From: the human T2T-CHM13v2.0 reference genome, Homo sapiens
Length of the DNA stretch: 64,000 bases
Reading direction: 5' to 3' (one strand)
Assembly: GCF_009914755.1 (NCBI RefSeq)
Contig: NC_060930.1
Shown: positions 55,979 through 64,000 of the stretch, piece by piece
How positions within the stretch are numbered: position 1 is the stretch's first letter
How the letters are laid out: every line of letters begins with the position of its first letter
Notes under the pieces: model-generated
What the model saw: the letters and a program-made list of their open reading frames with translations, nothing else
Database searches by the model: none
Told to the model about the DNA's origin: nothing
Program-made: the position numbers and the translations under genes

Positions 55979-57880
55979 TGAAATCATTAGAAATATATCA
56001 TTAGTTTAAGCTTTTAATTTATGACCTGGACATCTTTCAATTTATGTTTCCATACCAGTATCCTGAATTTGTGGAGGAGGTGATGAAAGCTAGTTGTGCT
56101 ATGAATGATTAATGAATTCTAAGTCTGATGGGAAGTTTTGCCTCAGACATGTTAGCATTCAAAGTGAAAAGTATAAGATTCACACATCACATTTGTTGTG
56201 AAGAAAATTTTGCAAAAGAGAAAGTACTACAATAAAGAAAACATTTTTCTGTATATTTTTTAAGAAAACATTTTCATAAAATTTATAATTAAAGTATTTC
56301 ATTTAGATTTTCAATGGCGAAAGATGAAAGACGTAAATTTGAAGACTCTACTAGAAGCAAACAATTGCATTGCTATAACCTTGGCATGACACTCCCTTTC
56401 AAAATACAGTACAGGGGAAAAAAATACAACCCTGTTTTACTGACTTTGGAATAAAAACATTTTCAGTATCTTGAACTGTTCAGCATATATGTACATGCAT
56501 ATATATATATATCAGGATGTATAATACATATACATGTGCACACATATATGCTTTCACATATAAATTTTACATGTTTTCATATGTAAATTCAAAGACATGA
56601 TTATATGTTTTATATATATATTTATATATAAAATTTGTTTTCCAATGTAAGAGTAAACTCCAACTGGCAGATAACCACTTTTAACCTGTTTTTATATTCA
56701 GGCTCTCTTGCTTGATATAATCCTGAGTTCAAAGTCACTTTTAAATAATAACTTACTGAGTTTAACTGATTTTGCTTTGAAGTGTCTTATAGCATAAAGA
56801 ATGCTATACATGAATTTTACTTTTAGGGTAATTCTAAATGTATATTGCATGTAATGAGAAGGAAACTTGGAGCATTAAGGACAGTGACTACACTAAAGGC
56901 TTTCAATACAGCATGTCTTAATAAATCAGCATGCAATTCATGAATGAATAGATCATCATGTAATAAATGTCAGTTACTAATAAAAAAGTAAGTAACAACA
57001 ATTTAGAGAAAACTAATTTCATAGTAACAAGTATTCCCACAAAGGAGCATTCTTGTCTTCAATTGTCTTCAAGGAAACAAATGGTTGTCATTAGGTTGGT
57101 GTGGTTGTGTATTAAATATTGTTACTATCAAATGGTGTATCTTAGGAATGGCAGGTTGTCTTCCATGTACAGATCCTCTCGCTTATATTACAATACTGCT
57201 CAACTTAAAAATGACAAATTATCAATATTGTGCGAGCCCTTCAAGGTCATGGTTCAATTTTAACATTCATTAAGTCTTGTTTATTTTTACCCACATTTAT
57301 GTGAATGTTCACTGTCAAGCTGTAGATGAATAAGAACAATTGATGTTTGGTGTTAGACGTACATCATTAAAATCAGAGTTGGGATGAGTCATTTTAAGTA
57401 AAATAAAGTGAAGCCAGTGGAACCAGAGGTAAGATTCTAACTATGTGATCAGACAGTAGAATTTTCTCAGCCCTTCCCAGGCTCAAGTTATCTTCCCCTC
57501 CTGCCACAGGGGCTAGTGGTAAATTGCAAGCTCCTTGAAGTTTAAAGTAGAGTAATTTGGATCTTTAAATGTGACCCAGCACCTAATATACAATTTAGTG
57601 CAGATCATAGCATGATGGAATTGCAAATCTGATTTCCAAAATTTAGTTGGGATATATTTTGTGTTTTTCCTGATATTAAGGTATTTCTCCCTTGTTTTAG
57701 TCTATATCCACAACATGTGAAAAATATACAAAATTTGCACAGTAAAAATGAAGAGATATATATTCTTATTTTAGTGCAGTGCTCCATAAATACTCTGTGG
57801 CCCCAGTAAAATCTATAATAAGGTCAAGATTTCTATCGCATGAAAAAGAATTTTGAAAATATTCTGTTCTAGCACTGTCA

Positions 57881-58402
57881 TTTTCCTTTTGTTTAAACTT
57901 TTATTTTAGGTTCAGTGGTAAATGTGTAGGTTTATTATATAGATAAATTGTGTGTCATGAGGGTTTGTTGTACAGATTATTTCAGCACCCAGGTGATAAG
58001 CATAATACCCAATAAGTGTTTTGCTAATCCTCTCCTTCCTCCTATTCTTTACCCTCAAGTAGGCGCCTGTGTTTGTTGTTCATTCCCCTTTTTGTGTCCA
58101 TGTATTCTAGTTGTTTAGTTTCCACTTAAAAGGAAGAACACGTGGTATATTCTGTTCCTGTGTTAGTTTGCCTAAGATAATGGCCTCCAGCTCCATCCAT
58201 TTTACTGCAAAGCACAGGATCTCATTCTTTTTTATGTCTGTAGAGTATCCATGGTGTATATGTACCACATTTTCTTTATCCAGTCTACCATTGATAAGCA
58301 TTTAGGTTGCTTACATGTCTTTTCTATTGTGAATAGGGCTTTAGTGAACATATGTGTGCAAGTGTCTTTATGGTAGAACAATTTATATTCCTTAGGGTAC
58401 AT
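57881..58402 (-). mobile_element. L1PA15/16-type 3' end, 5'-truncated
   Basis: 'aacttttattttaggttcagtggta..tacagattatttcagcacccaggt..accctcaagtaggc..gataatggcctccagctccatcc..tggtagaacaatttatattcc'. TGTTCTAGCA occurs on both sides (57865-57874, 58403-58412). Confidence 0.88.
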
Positions 58403-58429
58403 TGTTCTAGCATAAATTGTTATAATACA

Positions 58430-61400
58430 CCCAATTAGATATTACACTAATATTAGGGGGTATTCACTTCCCATATAATATTGTTCTTAATATCCAGAAA
58501 GCGAGAGGATGATATCACTCTTAATATGGCAGGAGGTGTACACCCGCCCTGTGATATTGTTACTAATATCCAGAAGGGGAATAAATGATATCACTCTCAA
58601 TATCGCAGCGGGTGGAAATCTTCCCTGTGATATTGTTTCTAATATTCAGGAGGAAAGAGGGTGATATTACTTCCAATGTCGCAGGGGTTGTACACTCCCA
58701 CTGTGATAATATTCTTAATATCCAGAAGAGAAGAGGATGATATTACTCCTAATATCGCAGAGGGTGTACACTCTTTCTGTGATATATTGTTTTTAATATT
58801 CAGAGGGGGAGAGGATATTACTTCCAATATTGCAGGGGGTATACACCCCCCCGTGATACTGTTTATAATGTCCATGAGAAAAGAGGATGATACCGCTTTC
58901 AATATGGCAGGGAGTGTAAACCCACCATGTGATATTGTTCCTAATATCCAGGGGGGAGAGAATGACATCACTCTCATTGTTGCAGAAAGTGTACACACCT
59001 CCGTGTGATATTGTTCATAATTTCCAAAGAAAGAGAAGATATTACTCCCAGTATGGCAAGGTGTGTACACCCCCTTTTGATATTGCTTCTAATATCAGGG
59101 GAGAAAAGTATATTACTCCCAATTTTGCAGAGGCTGTACACCACCCCTGTGATATTGCATTAAATATCCAGGGTGGGGAGAAAAAGATATCACTCCAAAT
59201 ATGGCAGGAGGTGTACAGGTTTCCTGTAATATTGTTCCTAATTTCCAGAGGGAGAGAGGGTGATATTACCCCAATATTAAAAAGGATGTACAACCTCCTT
59301 GTGATATTGTTTCTAATATCCAGGAGGGAACAGAATGATATTACTACAAATATCATGGGGGGTGTAAACCCCACTCTATGATATTGTTTCTAATATCCAA
59401 GGAAAAAGATGATGATATTGTTCATAATATCTAGAGGAAGAGAGGATTATATCATTCCTGATATTGCAGGGGGTGTACACCCGTCCTCTGATACTGTTCC
59501 TAATATTCAAGAGAAAAGAAGATGATATTATTCATAATATCGCAGGGGGTGTTCATCCCTCTTGTGATATTGTTCCTTATATCCAGTAGGGGAGAGGATG
59601 ATATTACTGTAAATATCACAGGGAGGTTACACCTCCCTGCGATATTGTTTTTAATATAAAGGGGGGAGGAGATTATACTACTCCCAATATCGCAGGGGGT
59701 GTACACCCCTCCTGTGAGATTGTTTCTAATATCCAGGGGAAGAAATGATAATATTTCTTCCAACATTGCATGAGTGTAAGCCCCCTGTGATATATTTTCT
59801 AATATACAGGGGGTAAGAGGATGATATTACTCCCAATATCGCAGGGGATGTACACTTTCCCTTTGTGATATTCTTTCTAATATCCAGGGGAGAAGAGGAT
59901 GATATTAATTCCAATACCGCAGGGGATGTACAAAACACCTGCAATGTTGTTCCTAATATCCAGGAGAGGAAAAGATGACATTACTCCAAATATTGCAGAG
60001 GGTGTACACCCCCCTTTAATATTGTTCTTAATATCAAGAGAGGAAAGAAATGATATTTCTCTCAATATCGCAGAAGGTGTAAACTTTCCTGTAATATTGT
60101 TTTTAATATCCCAGGGGAGAGACGAGAATATTACTTTAAATATCTCAGGGGGTTTACACACCCCCAGTAACATTGTTCTTAGTATCCAGTAAAGAAGAGG
60201 ATGATTTCACTTTCTATATTGCAGGGGGTGTACAACACCTGTGATATTTTTTCTAATATCGGGGGCGGGAGAAAATAATATTACTCCCAATACTGCAGGG
60301 GCTGTACTCACCCCTTGTGATATTGTTTCTAATATCCAGAAGGGTATTAAATAATATTACTATCAATATCGCAGGGGGTGTACATTCCCTCTGTGATATT
60401 GTTCCTAATATCCAGGAGGTAAGAGGATGATATTACTCCCAATATCGCAAGAATTTACACCCCACCTCTGAGATATTGTTCCCAATAAGAAGGGAGAGAC
60501 AGGATGATATTACTTTCAATGTATCAGGAGGTGTACACCAATTCTGTGATATTGTTCCTAATATCCAGCAGGGAGAGGTTATTACTCCCAATATCGCAGG
60601 GGGTGTACAACTTCTCCTGTGATATTATTGCTAATATCCAGAGGGAAAGAGGATGATGCTACTTTCAATATCACAGAGGGTGTACATGCCCCGCTGTAAT
60701 ATTGTTTCTAATATCCAAAGACTAAGAGGCTGATATCACTCCCAAAACCGCAGGTGGCGAAAACACCATTTGTGATATTATTTCTAATATCCAAGAAGGA
60801 AAAGAATGATATTACTCCAAATATCGCAGAAAGTGTTCAACCCCCCTGTGATTTTGTTCCTAATGTCGAGGGAAAGAGAGGATGATATTAGTCCCAATAT
60901 CGCAGGGTGTGTACACCCCCTGTGATATCGTTCTAATATCTAGGAAAAGACAGGATGATGTTACTCTCAATAATGCAAGGGGTGTACATTAGTCCTGTGA
61001 TATTGTTCCTAATATCTAAGGGGGAAAAGGATGATATTACTCCCAATACAGCAGGGGTTGTACACACTCCCTGCGAGATTGTTTCTAATATCCAGTGAAA
61101 GAGGGGCTGTTACTTCCATTATTGCAGGCTGTGTAAACTTCTTTGTAATATTGTTCCTAATATCCAGAGGGGAGAGGATGAGATTACCCTCAATATTGCA
61201 GAGAGTGTACGCCCCCCATTGAGATATTGTTTCTAATATCTAGGGGGGAAGAGGATGATATTACTCTCAATATCACAGGGGGTGCACACCCACCCTGTGA
61301 TATTGTTCCTAATAACCAGGGGGAAAGAGGATGATATTACTCCCAATATTGCAGAGAGTGTACACACCAACTTTGATATTGTTCCTAATATCCAGGAGGG

Positions 61401-64000
61401 GGGAGGTTGATATTACTCCCAATAATGCAGGGAGTGTGTAGCCCCCCGTGATATTGTTCTTAATATCTAGGGGGGGCAGAAGATGATATTACTCCCAGTA
61501 GTGCAGCAGGTGTACAATTTTCCTGTGATATTGCTTTTAATATCCAAGATGGGAGAGGATGATATTACTCCCAATATCGCAGAACATGTACACTCCCTTG
61601 TAATATTTTTCTTTATATCCGGGTGGGGGAGAGGATAATATTACTCCCAATATCACAGGGGTTTACAACCCCCCCCCCCCGTGATATTGTTCTTAATTTC
61701 AGTGAAGGAGAGGATATTACTTTCAATACCACAGGGGGGTGTACACCCCCCTGTGGTATTGTTCCTAATATCCAGAGGAGAAGATAATATTACTCCCAAT
61801 ACCACAGGGGATACTTCCCTCCCCCTGTGATATTGTTTCTAATACACAGGGGAAGAGAAAGTGATATTAGTCTTAATGTCGCAGGCAGGGATGTACACTC
61901 CCCCTGTGATATTGTTTCTAATATCCAGGAGAGGAGAAGATGATATTATTTCCAATATCACAGGGTTTGTACACCTCCCTGTGATACAGTTTTTAATATT
62001 CAGGTTGGGAAAGGATGATATTACTTGCAATATCGCATGGGGCGTACACACCCCCTGTGATATTGTTTCTAATATACAGGGGGGAGAGGATGATATTACT
62101 CCCAATATCGCAGGGAGTTTACACCCCCTCCTGTGGTATTTTTTCTAATAAGAAGGGAGGAAGAGAATTATATTACTTTCAATACTGCAGCAGTTGTACA
62201 CCTTTCCAGTGATATTTTTTCTAATATCCAGGGGGGAGAGAATATTGATCTTAATATTTCAGGGTGTATACCCTTGGTTTGTGATATTGTTCCTAATATA
62301 CTACAGGCAGGGAGAGGATAATTTTACTCTCAATATCAAAGGAGTGTTCACCCTCCCATTGATATTGTTCCTAATATTTGTGTGGAGAAAGGATGATATT
62401 ACTTCCAACATCTCAGAGGGAGTACACCCCCACTTTGATAGTTTTCCTAATATCCAGGAGAGGAGAGGATGAGATTACTCTCAATATTGTATGAGGGAGC
62501 AACCTCCCCTGTGATATTGTTCTTAATATTTAGGTTGGGAGAAAATGATAGTACTCCCAATATAGCAAGGGGAGTACACCGCCCCCAGTGATATTGTTTT
62601 AATACCGAGGCATGAAAATGATGATATTTCTCCCATTATAGTAGAGGTGTAAATTCTCTCTGTGATACTGTTCCTAATATCCAGAGGGGAAGAGGATGAT
62701 ATTACTCACAACATCCCAGCAGGTATACAACTTTCCTGTGATATTGTTTTTAATATCCAGGGATGGAGAGGATGATATTACTCCCAATATTGCAGGGGGT
62801 GTACACCTCCCATAATATTTTTTCCTAATATCCATGGGGAGAGGATGATATTACTACAAATATCACAGGGGTTTCCACACTCTCTGTGATATTGTTCTTA
62901 ATTTCCAGTGAAGGACAGAATAATATTACTTTCAATATCACAGAGAGTATGCACCCACCTATGATACTGTTCATAATATTCAGGGTAGGAGAGAATATTA
63001 CTCCGAATATTGCGGAGGATGTACACCTCCCCTGTGATATTGTTTCTAATACCCAGAGGGGGAGAAAAGAATATTAATCTCATTATCGCAGGGGTTGTAC
63101 AATCCCCTTTAATATTGCTTCCAATATTCAGGAGAGGAGAGGATGACATTACTCCCAATATCGCAGGGAGTGTCCACCCCTCTGTGATTTTTTTAATATC
63201 CAGGTTGGGAGAAGATGATATTACTTGCAATATCACACGGGGTGTACACACTCCCTGTGATATTCTTCCTAATATACGGGGATAGGAGAGAATGATACCA
63301 CTCCCAATATCGCAGGGAATTTACATCCGCCCTGTGATATTGTTTTTAATATGAAGGGAAGAAGCGGACTGTATTACTTTCAATATCGCAGTGTTGTACA
63401 CATTCCCAGTGATATTTTTCCTAATATTAAAGTGGGAAGAGGATAATATTACTCCCAATATTGCAGAGTGCATACTCTCCCTCTGTGATATTGTTCCTAA
63501 TAAACAGGGGATAGGAGAGGGTGATATGACTCCCAATATCTCAAGGGGTGTACACCCTTTTTGTGATATTGTTCCTAATATTTAGGGGGGAAGAGGATGA
63601 TATTACTCCCAATACTCCAGGGGTTATACACCCCCCGCTTTGAAATTGTTTTTAATGGCCAGGGGAGGAGAGAATGATATTACTCTCAATATCTCAGGGA
63701 ATATGCAACCGCCTGTGATATTGTTCTTAATATTTAGGTTGGGAGAAAATAATGTAACTCCTAATATCGCAGGGGGTGTACACCCTTCCCGGTGATAGTT
63801 TTCCTAATATCCAGGGGCGGAGAGGATGATATTACTTCCACTATAGCAGGGGGTATACACTCCCACCCCCCCCCCGCCGTGATATTGTTTCTAATATGCA
63901 GGCGGATAGAAAATGATGTTACTCCCAGCATCCTAGGGGTGTCCCACCCCCTGTGATGTTGTTCCTAATATTAAGGAGGAAAGAAGATGATATTACTTCC
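58430..64000. repeat. SATR1/SATR2-type tandem satellite, ~75-bp monomer, ~70+ copies, runs off the window end
   Basis: Approximate consensus GATATTACTCCCAATATCGCAGGGGGTGTACACCCCCCTGTGATATTGTTCCTAATATCCAGGGGGGAGAGGAT. Successive units at 59823, 59901, 59977, 60052, 60127. Confidence 0.9.

Noticed and set aside
58639-63585. Many 60-150 aa ORFs on both strands
   Set aside because: Translations of the ~75-bp monomer (recurrent 'VILFLISR', 'CDIVPNIQ'), with no other coding evidence.
58430-64000. CRISPR-like look (palindromic repeats at regular spacing)
   Set aside because: Primate DNA, no cas genes, and the intervening segments are homologous to each other rather than unique spacers. It is a tandem satellite.

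Overview
Primate (most likely human or ape) genomic DNA. It is AT-rich, very repeat-dense and intergenic or deep-intronic, and I can support no host protein-coding gene, RNA gene or CRISPR array. Subfamily names are from recalled consensus sequences, not a database search. Main contents: (1) a ~1.1-kb AT-rich 34-bp minisatellite; (2) a nest in which an old L1M is interrupted by an MST LTR and a near full-length L1PB1 (minus), itself interrupted by a 5.8-kb HERV-H/LTR7 provirus (plus) and an AluS; (3) a tiny, very young L1PA2-type 3' fragment; (4) an L1PA6-like element whose ~2.9-kb internal deletion fuses ORF1 in frame to the ORF2 RT core; (5) Alus and ERV1/MaLR solo LTRs; (6) an L2>L1PA8A>L1PA4 nest with a short 3' transduction; (7) from ~58.4 kb to the end, a ~75-bp SATR1/SATR2-type satellite. 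The most notable observations are the satellite's palindromic monomers with compensatory arm changes and ~1.2-kb higher-order repeat, the ORF1-RT fusion ORF, a 51-bp U3 loss in only the 5' HERV-H LTR, and an old AluJ that has gained CpGs. I found no convincing new gene system.
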